A DNA stretch of 24,137 nt from Promethearchaeota archaeon. GTDB lineage: Archaea > Asgardarchaeota > Lokiarchaeia > Sigyniarchaeales > SOKP01. The notes beneath the pieces are model-generated. The model was not told where the DNA came from. It was given only the letters and a program-made list of their open reading frames with translations, and did no database searches. Location of the stretch: NCBI GenBank assembly GCA_048940925.1, contig JBHLOC010000060.1, positions 1 to 24,137 of the forward strand, written 5' to 3'. Positions 8,858 through 16,313 of the stretch are shown piece after piece (within the stretch, counting starts at the first letter, position 1; every line of letters starts with the position of its first letter). The translations under genes and the position numbers were made by a program.

Positions 8858-9076
8858 ACAATTTTATTTAAAATTTCTTTTTTGATCTCTTTTTAGAATG
8901 TTAAGTTAACTAGAAGAAAAATAGATGAGAGCATTTTTTTTAATATATTAGCAGATCTAAATTGTTAGATATTTACTTATAAAACTCCCATGTCATGTCT
9001 ATATTATTTTAATTTTTGAACATACTTTTGCCTTTTCTAATTAACATAATGTTGCATTAGAAAGGGTTGACATAAA

Positions 9077-9550
9077 GTTTATACTACAAAACAAAAGATT
9101 TGCCTTTTAGGGCATAGTGGGGTTGGTAAAACTTCATTAGTCTCCCTACTTCAAGGTCGAGAAATAAGGAAAGAAACAAGCCCAACAGTAGGATTGGAAA
9201 TAGAAAACTCTACTCTTAATGGGAATAAAGTCAATATTTGGGACTTTGGAGGTCAAGAGCGTTACCATTTTATGTGGCAAGACTTCTTAAGAGGAGCTGG
9301 TCTGACTGTTGTTGTTTGTGATTCTACTGAAGATAATGTTGAAAAGACAAAAGAGATTTGTAATAAATTTTCAAATTACTTAAATTCTAAGACTATTGCC
9401 ATAGCAAATAAACAAGATCTTCCAGGTGCTTTAAGTGCAAAAGATGTTCAAAAAAGATTGGGTATTCGCACTTATGGAATGTCAGCAATAAGACTGGATT
9501 TAAGAAATAGGATACGTAACATATTAGAATATGAAGTAGGAACAGAATAA
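9077..9550 (+). CDS. Arf-like small GTPase (Ras superfamily; eukaryotic signature protein); start extended upstream of the ORF-track start 9194
   Basis: The frame is open from 9071 and contains G1 KICLLGHSGVGKTS (9095-9136), G2 PTVG, G3 IWDFGGQ, G4 ANKQD and G5 MSA. There is no ATG/GTG/TTG before G1. The exact start is uncertain (GTT 9077 proposed). Confidence 0.88.
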   Translation, partial: VYTTKQKICLLGHSGVGKTSLVSLLQGREIRKETSPTVGLEIENSTLNGNKVNIWDFGGQERYHFMWQDFLRGAGLTVVVCDSTEDNVEKTKEICNKFSNYLNSKTIAIANKQDLPGALSAKDVQKRLGIRTYGMSAIRLDLRNRIRNILEYEVGTE

Positions 9551-9561
9551 AATTCTAAATT

Positions 9562-10122
9562 TCAAAATATTTTACCAATTAAATGTGCTATTCTCACTGA
9601 TTCAGGCAATTTGGAATCAATACTGATTTTTTCCAAAAGTGATCCCACTTCTTCAATTTTAATCCCTTTACAATGAAAAAATAATTTTGAGATCCCACCT
9701 GCAGTTTCAACTTCTGTTTCATACAAATTTCCGGCATCAACAATATTATTTAGCTTGTGGGTATATGTATCAGGAAACTTATTCTGTAAAGCGATTTTAA
9801 CAGAATCAAAATCCACATCTTTTTCAGTTATAGCAATAATAGGTATCTGTATTTCATTATAAATTTCATTTAGATTAATAAGATTAAAGCCACCAAAAGT
9901 GATTGTGTGGGTTATTACATATTGCAGGTGCTTTATGTTTTGTATAACCATTTTTATTAGTTTTTTAGTAGCATCATCCCCGTCGATCATGATTTTTTCT
10001 CGCATCACACGCACTACTCGTATTCCCTGACAGATAACACCTATTAATTGGGTATAATTATTCTTTGAGTGCAATTCAAAGGTTGCATCATCAAATCCAA
10101 TAGTAATGGGGTTATTTTTCAT
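9562..10122 (-). CDS. DUF99 family protein (endonuclease V-like)
   Basis: IGFDD, IDGDDAT, ITFGGFN.I, IPIIAI, KLPESVRIAHLI; conserved neighbour of rpoL. Confidence 0.9.
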   Translation of the reverse strand: MKNNPITIGFDDATFELHSKNNYTQLIGVICQGIRVVRVMREKIMIDGDDATKKLIKMVIQNIKHLQYVITHTITFGGFNLINLNEIYNEIQIPIIAITEKDVDFDSVKIALQNKFPDTYTHKLNNIVDAGNLYETEVETAGGISKLFFHCKGIKIEEVGSLLEKISIDSKLPESVRIAHLIGKIF

Positions 10123-10125
10123 GTT

Positions 10126-10578
10126 TTAGCTCTCTGGTAGAAATTGCTTAATATGATTAAGTAAATTAGTAAATGCTTCTGTAGCACTTTCTATCTCCTC
10201 ATTTCTAATGGTAAGATCTTTTGATAAATTGCTCGATAAGAAATCAATAAGTTCATATAAAGTCATGAAGTTGCTAAGCCACACATAGGCAACTAAGGCT
10301 TCAGTAGTGTCCGCAAGATCATGTGCATCGGCTCTAGATTTAGCAAAATTCTTCATATTAGCATTTTTTAATGCATTTGCTAATATTTTTTTATTAACTT
10401 TAACACCCGTTCTTACGATTTTTTCATTTGAGTTGTTTTTAGTCAAAAATAATGATTTAGCAATACTGTATGTAAGATTTACAATTCCATCTCCAATTTT
10501 AGCTAAACCTTTATCAGTCCCAATTATTTTTTGAGATTTATTAAGATTTATATCCTCAATTAAAAACTCATAATGCAT
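10126..10578 (-). CDS. Archaeal ribonuclease III-family protein (stand-alone RNase III domain)
   Basis: DKGLAKIGDGIVNL.YS.A, KVNKKILANAL, LADTTEALVAYVWL; no dsRBD. Confidence 0.85.
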   Translation of the reverse strand: MHYEFLIEDINLNKSQKIIGTDKGLAKIGDGIVNLTYSIAKSLFLTKNNSNEKIVRTGVKVNKKILANALKNANMKNFAKSRADAHDLADTTEALVAYVWLSNFMTLYELIDFLSSNLSKDLTIRNEEIESATEAFTNLLNHIKQFLPES

Positions 10579-10635
10579 TATTATAAGCTGAATTTTAAGT
10601 TCTTCTAAATTTTCATATAGAAAGAGAATAATGAT

Positions 10636-11136
10636 TTAAGTAAGTTTTTGGAAGAGCTTTTGAACATCAAGAACTTCAGCTCTTAAAGATTCAATAGCTT
10701 TTAGTAAAATATCTTTAATATTAAATTTTTTTGAGTCTTCTAAGCGAATAAATAATTTAGCGGGCTCTATTTTCGTTACCTTATATGCTGCAATATTAAC
10801 TCCTTCTATATTTAACAAATGGTTGACAAGGACGTTACAGAAACCATGAGATTGCCCTTTTATAAACAGTTCAAAATCATTTTTACCAGCGCCTCTACTT
10901 ATACTTAAATCCAAGTGTTTATAATCAGGAAACCTAGCTTCTTCTTCTAGTTCAAACTCTAGTTCTTCCTCTGAAATTGAATCATCTTCTTCAATTGATG
11001 GAGAACTTGAGAAATCTTCTCCTTTCACTTTAGGATATTCCACACCAATTTTATCATCTTCGAATAAATCTTCCTCTAAATCTCCTAAGTCCTCCTCTTC
11101 ATTTTCTTCTGGCTTAACTACTTTTTTCTTCGCCAT
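10636..11136 (-). CDS. rpoL: RNA polymerase subunit RpoL/Rpo11 with long acidic N-terminal extension
   Basis: C-terminal ~90 aa ELFIKGQSHGFCNVL...L..EGV.IAAY...LFIR...LLKAIESL fits the RpoL/Rpb11 fold; canonical position downstream of csl4. Confidence 0.88.
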   Translation of the reverse strand: MAKKKVVKPEENEEEDLGDLEEDLFEDDKIGVEYPKVKGEDFSSSPSIEEDDSISEEELEFELEEEARFPDYKHLDLSISRGAGKNDFELFIKGQSHGFCNVLVNHLLNIEGVNIAAYKVTKIEPAKLFIRLEDSKKFNIKDILLKAIESLRAEVLDVQKLFQKLT

Positions 11137-11201
11137 TATTAATACTCTTACCTATGAAAATTATGAAATCTTAAATAAAAATATACTAAATAAAATAAAT
11201 T

Positions 11202-11228
11202 TTTTATGGTTTTGTTAAAACCATAAAA
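11202..11228. repeat. Perfect 12-bp inverted repeat with 3-nt loop
   Basis: TTTTATGGTTTT-GTT-AAAACCATAAAA, read directly from the sequence. Confidence 0.9.
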
Positions 11229-11231
11229 TTG

Positions 11232-11450
11232 TTATAAATACTGTTGGGCTAAATTTTTTAATCTTTCAATTGCTAAAAATTGGAGATCTCGTGAACCAAA
11301 TAAAGTGACTTTTATAGATTTTCCCTCAACTGATACATTTAAATCAATATAATCTACTTTTTTTTGGATATTTTCGAGAAAGTTAATTATATTTTCAATT
11401 GAGCCCTTGGAATTATAAAAATGAATAACTCTTTTTCCGTGTTTCTTCAA
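11232..11450 (-). CDS. Small protein resembling the N-terminal domain of DUF2067 (TTG start)
   Basis: 72 aa with a beta-alpha-beta-beta-alpha pattern (FLENIQK, SIKVTLFGSRD, AIERLK). Sits between csl4 and rpoL, where DUF2067 lies in other archaea. AAGGA precedes the TTG. Confidence 0.6.
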   Translation of the reverse strand: MKKHGKRVIHFYNSKGSIENIINFLENIQKKVDYIDLNVSVEGKSIKVTLFGSRDLQFLAIERLKNLAQQYL

Positions 11451-11528
11451 AATTAGTTCCTTTTAACAATTGTTATTTGAATGTGGTTAATATATATTAA
11501 TATTCATTAGAATATTTGAAGAAAATGG

Positions 11529-12128
11529 TTAAAATCTTAAAACCTCAGAAAAATCTCTATAATCAGAAGATAACTTTCTAGTTTCTTGATGTCCACATCT
11601 TTCACATCTTAGTTTATTATATCCAATTTTATCAAGAGGAGTTCCACAAATTACACAGTCAGCATAAATAACTCCTAGATTTTTACCAGCTGTTGTTAAT
11701 TCGAACTCATTATATTTTTGTTTTATTACACGAGCTCGGAGTATATCTGTTATTTGGAATGCTTCACTGATTTTTTCTACATATCTTTCAGCAATTTGAG
11801 ATACATGTATATTTCCAAAATAATACGAATTGAAATGTATTTTTCGATTTATAGTATAGAAATTTATTCCAATAGAGTATTGTCGTAAAAATAGTACAGT
11901 ACCTATAACTGTATCTCCAATTTTAACAACCTTTCTGTCTTTCTCTTGATGTGTTTTAATTTCAATTTGTTTTTTTTGATCATCAAGCGTATATAGACCA
12001 GATTTACTTGCATAAATTTGACCATCTTTAATATATGTAGATTGTTTATCAGGGAGATACTCTTCCACAACACCAAGATACTGACCAGTTAATATAATAT
12101 CATCATTTTCTTTAGATTTCTTATTCAT
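11529..12128 (-). CDS. csl4: Exosome RNA-binding cap protein Csl4 (likely start ATG 12128)
   Basis: LTGQYLGVVEEYLP, S1 domain GNIHVSQI...YVE...FQITDILRARVI, LGVIYA, Zn ribbon CVIC...CERC, ETRKLS. Confidence 0.95.
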   Translation of the reverse strand: MNKKSKENDDIILTGQYLGVVEEYLPDKQSTYIKDGQIYASKSGLYTLDDQKKQIEIKTHQEKDRKVVKIGDTVIGTVLFLRQYSIGINFYTINRKIHFNSYYFGNIHVSQIAERYVEKISEAFQITDILRARVIKQKYNEFELTTAGKNLGVIYADCVICGTPLDKIGYNKLRCERCGHQETRKLSSDYRDFSEVLRF

Positions 12129-12242
12129 AAATATCAACAATAATCTTTTAATTTCTCATACTCTTTCTGATCTAAGTATATATTATTAACTAAAATAATT
12201 AAATTTAATGTATTAATTTTAAAAGAGAAAACATTTTTTCGG

Positions 12243-12905
12243 ATGAATTTTAGCAAAAAGAAACTGATTTCTATAATACAAAACACCGAATCATTTAAAA
12301 CTCCTAATATTGAATTAGAACAATATTGTATTGATGCAAAATGCGCAGTTGATATTATCTATTTTGCTGGTTTTGAATTTAATGATATTTATAATGCTAT
12401 GGTTGTTGATTTAGGAGCAGGAACTGGCAGGTTATCTTTAGCTAGCGCTTTTTTAAGGGCGGCTTATGTCATAAGTGTAGATATTGACCAAGAAGCATTG
12501 AAAATTCTTAAAAGAAATGTCATATCACTTGATTTAGATCATCTAATCTTCCCAATATGTTCCGATATCCAATATTTTGAAATTTCAAAAAGAAATCTAC
12601 CTAAAAATATAAAAATTACGACAATTATGAATCCTCCTTTCGGTGTAAAGACTAAATTTGCTGATAGAGCTTTTTTAAAAAAGGCATTTACTTTTTCAGA
12701 TGTAGTTTATTCTATTCACTTAGCTGGAGAAAAGATTCACAATTTTATTACTAATTACATTAATAAACTTAATTGGAAAATAGATAACATATTTCCATAT
12801 AATATGATTTTAGAAAAATCATTTCCCTTTCATACAAAAACAAAAAAAAAGATTAGTGTAAATGTATATAGGCTTATAAAAAATACAACAGGGAACACAG
12901 GATAA
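12243..12905 (+). CDS. METTL5-family (N6-adenine) RNA methyltransferase
   Basis: PNIELEQY, SAM motif VVDLGAGTGRL, MNPPFG, D..FL, VVYSIH, FPFH. Confidence 0.92.
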   Translation: MNFSKKKLISIIQNTESFKTPNIELEQYCIDAKCAVDIIYFAGFEFNDIYNAMVVDLGAGTGRLSLASAFLRAAYVISVDIDQEALKILKRNVISLDLDHLIFPICSDIQYFEISKRNLPKNIKITTIMNPPFGVKTKFADRAFLKKAFTFSDVVYSIHLAGEKIHNFITNYINKLNWKIDNIFPYNMILEKSFPFHTKTKKKISVNVYRLIKNTTGNTG

Positions 12906-12919
12906 TATTTTATCAGACT

Positions 12920-14224
12920 TTACTGAAATTCTTTCCAAGAATCTAAATTCTCAGGATATTTAGCATTTTCTCCTAAAATTTCTTCAATTCTTAAAAGCTG
13001 GTTATATTTACAATTTCGCTCAGACCTTGCTGTAGCACCTGTCTTTAATTGACCTGTACAAAGACCTACTGCTAAATCTGCGATAAAAGTATCTTCTGTT
13101 TCACCAGAGCGATGTGAGACCATAACATTGAAGCCATTTTTAAAAGCTAATTTAGCAGCTTTAATTGCTTCGGTCAATGAACCTATTTGATTGACTTTAA
13201 GCAATAAGGCATTTCCTGCTTTTTCTGATACAGCTCTTTCAAGGATTTTGATATTAGTTACGGTGAGATCGTCATCAACAATTTGAATAGATTTATCAAC
13301 TTTAGCTGTAATATTTGAAAAATTTCTAAAATCTTCTTCATTAAATGGATCTTCAATTGATTTAAGGGGATAATCATGGATCAAATCCATATAATATTCT
13401 AATAACTCTTCTTCATTTAATTTCTTCCCATCTATATTATATACTCCGTCTTCATAAAATTCACTTGCAGCAGCATCCATTCCCAAGACAAAATCAGTAC
13501 CTAGTAGGAATCCAGCAGATTCTATTGCTTCAATTATGATATCCATTGCATCTGATGTTAAAGAAAGGTTGGGGGCGAAACCTCCTTCATCACCGACATT
13601 TATTGCAGAAGGTCCATACTTTTTACCTAATAATCCTTTTAATTTATGATATACTTCAGTAGCATTTTGTATTGCTTGAGAGAAAGATGGAGCACCTATA
13701 GGCAGTACCATAAATTCTTGTATTGCTAAATTATTACCTGCATGTTCTCCTCCATTTATAATATTGCAACAAGGTAACGGGAGCAAAAAATCCTGTCTTG
13801 TTTTATTATAAGCTAGTTTATGAAGATATGCAAATAAGGGTGTTTCTGATAATTGTGCAGCTAATTTTGCGACTGCCAAAGATACTGATAATATTGCATT
13901 GGCGCCTAAATTGCTTTTATTATCAGTCCCATCAAGAGATAACATTTCTTCATCAATCTTTGTTTGTTCTCTTACATCAAAACCAATTAATTTCTTTCCG
14001 ATAATGTTATTCACATTGGATATTGCTTTCAATACATGCTTGCCTGAAAAATCTTTTCCACCATCTCTGAGTTCCAGTGCTTCTAATACACCAGTTGAAG
14101 CACCAGATGGAACTGCTGCCCTTGAATATATCTTATCAGCAAAAACGTCCGTTTCCACTGTAGGATTTCCTCGTGAATCTAAAATCCAGCGTGATTTAAT
14201 TCTTGTTATTTTGTAATCGGTCAT
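12920..14224 (-). CDS. eno: Enolase (likely start ATG 14224; ATG 14233 possible)
   Basis: [72 protein letters not shown]. Confidence 0.98.
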   Translation of the reverse strand: MTDYKITRIKSRWILDSRGNPTVETDVFADKIYSRAAVPSGASTGVLEALELRDGGKDFSGKHVLKAISNVNNIIGKKLIGFDVREQTKIDEEMLSLDGTDNKSNLGANAILSVSLAVAKLAAQLSETPLFAYLHKLAYNKTRQDFLLPLPCCNIINGGEHAGNNLAIQEFMVLPIGAPSFSQAIQNATEVYHKLKGLLGKKYGPSAINVGDEGGFAPNLSLTSDAMDIIIEAIESAGFLLGTDFVLGMDAAASEFYEDGVYNIDGKKLNEEELLEYYMDLIHDYPLKSIEDPFNEEDFRNFSNITAKVDKSIQIVDDDLTVTNIKILERAVSEKAGNALLLKVNQIGSLTEAIKAAKLAFKNGFNVMVSHRSGETEDTFIADLAVGLCTGQLKTGATARSERNCKYNQLLRIEEILGENAKYPENLDSWKEFQ

Positions 14225-14332
14225 AAATATCATTTAGTTTTTTTTTATGAATATGAATATTAATAAAGAATTAAGAAAATTTAATTCTTAATATAAATAA
14301 TACTAAAAAGTTTATATTTCGTTCTTATAAAA

Positions 14333-15304
14333 ATGTCAATTGAGAAAAGACCCTTCGTAGAGAAATATCGACCAAGATATCTAGATGAAATTGTTAATCA
14401 AGAAGGAATTATCAAGCGTTTGAAACAATTTGTCAAAGATAAATCCATGCCTCATCTTATATTTGCAGGTCCTGCAGGAACAGGAAAAACCACATCGGCA
14501 TTATCAATGGTCCGAGAATTGTATCGGAGGAAGATGGCAGTGAATCGAACATATTTAGAGCTAAATGCTAGTGATGCAAGAGGCATCGATGTAATTAGAA
14601 CATATATTAAAGATTTTGCAAAAGCAAGACCACCAATAGATATTCCGTTTAAAATATTAATTTTAGATGAGGCAGATAATATGACAGCTCCCGCACAACA
14701 AGCACTAAGAAGAACTATGGAAAAATATACAAAAAACTGTCGAATGATACTGATTTGTAATTATTCAAACAAGATCATTCCCCCTATTCAGTCGAGATGT
14801 GTTGTATTTAGATACTCTACCCTAAATGATAAAGATATCAAAAAAAGAATAAATTATATAGCTCAATTAGAATCAATAACACTCACAAATAGTGGCTTGA
14901 ACGCTTTAGTTGATGTAGCTAGGGGAGATTGTCGAAGAGCAATTAATTATCTACAATCATGTGGAACTATTTCCAAAAAAATAGATGAAGAAATCGTTTT
15001 TAGAGTTGCTGGAGAAGTTCCTCCAGAAAAAATAAGAGAAATTTTAGATGCTGCTTTAAAAAGCCAGTTGCAACTATCTATTACGCTTCTAAATAATTTG
15101 ATTAATGATTATGGACTTTCAGGACTGAATATCATAAAAAATATTCATAAAGAAATTTATGACCTTGAAATTTCTGAAGATTTAAAAATTGGATTGACAA
15201 AACTTTTAGCTGAATTTGAATTTCGCTTAAGTCAAGGTGGAACAGAGGAGATTCAGCTTCAAGCACTATTAGCTGAAATTGTTATGTTGCAAAACTTTGA
15301 ATAA
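14333..15304 (+). CDS. rfcS: Replication factor C small subunit
   Basis: VEKYRP, Walker A GPAGTGKT, ELNASD, Walker B ILDEAD, AQQALRRTME, SRC motif; no intein. Confidence 0.97.
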   Translation: MSIEKRPFVEKYRPRYLDEIVNQEGIIKRLKQFVKDKSMPHLIFAGPAGTGKTTSALSMVRELYRRKMAVNRTYLELNASDARGIDVIRTYIKDFAKARPPIDIPFKILILDEADNMTAPAQQALRRTMEKYTKNCRMILICNYSNKIIPPIQSRCVVFRYSTLNDKDIKKRINYIAQLESITLTNSGLNALVDVARGDCRRAINYLQSCGTISKKIDEEIVFRVAGEVPPEKIREILDAALKSQLQLSITLLNNLINDYGLSGLNIIKNIHKEIYDLEISEDLKIGLTKLLAEFEFRLSQGGTEEIQLQALLAEIVMLQNFE

Positions 15305-16114
15305 TTGATTTTTAAAATTAAATAAAATCTCTTTATTCCTGAAAAATCTCTCCATTCTTTCTTTAGATTTTATATCTTCATTAAATCTAACTTTATCATC
15401 AAAAATTATATCCCATAAAATCACTCCATTTGGATTAGCTGGTTGATATGAAATAAACTTAGAGGCATCGAATAATTGGAGAAAATCTTCATACTCAATT
15501 TTTCCCTTCCCTAATTCTAAAAGCTTTTTGACCATTCTTCGAACTTGTTGCCTTAAGAATGCTCTACTTTTAAAATGAAAAATTAAAAAATCGTTAACTA
15601 TTGTTAATTTAACTGATTCCATATCTCGTATAGTTGAGTGTAATTCTTTGTCTCTTTTTGAGAAATTAAGAAAATCATGTTTTCCTTCTAACAGTTTGCA
15701 AGCTTTTTCAATCAACTTTATATTAATTCTATATTTTGTTTTCAGAATTGTGAGTGGTGTAGGGTAAATATAGATATAATGACGTAAAATAGCATTGTAC
15801 CTTGAAGCGAAATTTACCGCTACTTTTGCATAAGCCCATAATCCAATTTCTATTGGTAATGCAGAATTTATCTCCATTAAAATTGGCTTTTTATCTGTAA
15901 TAAATGAGAAATATGCGCTTCTAGCAGATACGAATCTATCTGTTCTACTTGCAGTTTCAAATTCAGATTCATCAATATCATTAATATAATTTGTTCTTAC
16001 TAATGCATTTAGCAATGTTTCTTCGATAGTTATAAAATTAGGTTGTCTTTGAGATCCAAAATATTTTTTTGTTCCTATATAGTACATCTTAAAGAGATAT
16101 CTATTTCTTACCAT
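15269..16114 (-). CDS. truA: tRNA pseudouridine(38-40) synthase TruA
   Basis: Y.G..YFGSQRQP, ASRTD catalytic motif, R.Y.Y, GKHDF.NF, FLRQQVRRMV, PA.P.G..LWD. Confidence 0.95.
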   Translation of the reverse strand: MVRNRYLFKMYYIGTKKYFGSQRQPNFITIEETLLNALVRTNYINDIDESEFETASRTDRFVSARSAYFSFITDKKPILMEINSALPIEIGLWAYAKVAVNFASRYNAILRHYIYIYPTPLTILKTKYRINIKLIEKACKLLEGKHDFLNFSKRDKELHSTIRDMESVKLTIVNDFLIFHFKSRAFLRQQVRRMVKKLLELGKGKIEYEDFLQLFDASKFISYQPANPNGVILWDIIFDDKVRFNEDIKSKERMERFFRNKEILFNFKNQLFKVLQHNNFS

Positions 16115-16124
16115 AAATTTTATA

Positions 16125-16132
16125 ACCTCTCC
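16125..16132 (-). promoter_or_regulatory. Shine-Dalgarno-like site for truA
   Basis: GGAGAGGT on the minus strand, 10 nt upstream of ATG 16114. Confidence 0.45.
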
Positions 16133-16313
16133 ATGATAAGTGTGTTCTAATAGTAATTATGATTCTAAACTTAATGTTTTCTCCTTGGATTATTTTGGAT
16201 TTTATAAAATGTTAGATTAAAGAAAAACATTTTAATCTTAAGGAAATTTTTTATATTCTAAATTAAATTATGGTATAAATATTTAATTTACTAAAATTCT
16301 GCATAAAATAATT

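Noticed and set aside
8955-8970. ATCTAA-N4-TTAGAT palindrome upstream of the GTPase
   Set aside because: Only 6 bp and no second copy noticed; too weak to call an operator.
9047-9070. Selenocysteine or stop readthrough at TGA 9068 to supply the GTPase start
   Set aside because: Reading through gives only CCIRKG back to a TAA at 9047 with no start codon, and I recognised no SECIS.
10307-10534. 75-aa plus-strand ORF
   Set aside because: Antisense within the RNase III-family gene.
12842-12850. A9 tract in the METTL5 gene (also A10 near 22420) as a slippage or phase-variation site
   Set aside because: The reading frame is intact and homopolymers are common in this AT-rich DNA.
13798-14216. Two plus-strand ORFs (68 and 105 aa)
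   Set aside because: Antisense within enolase.
16214-16290. Two inverted repeats upstream of aglB (AGATTAAA/TTTAATCT and TAAATTAAAT/ATTTAATTTA)
   Set aside because: Almost entirely A/T with 9-12-nt spacers; plausible by chance at this base composition.
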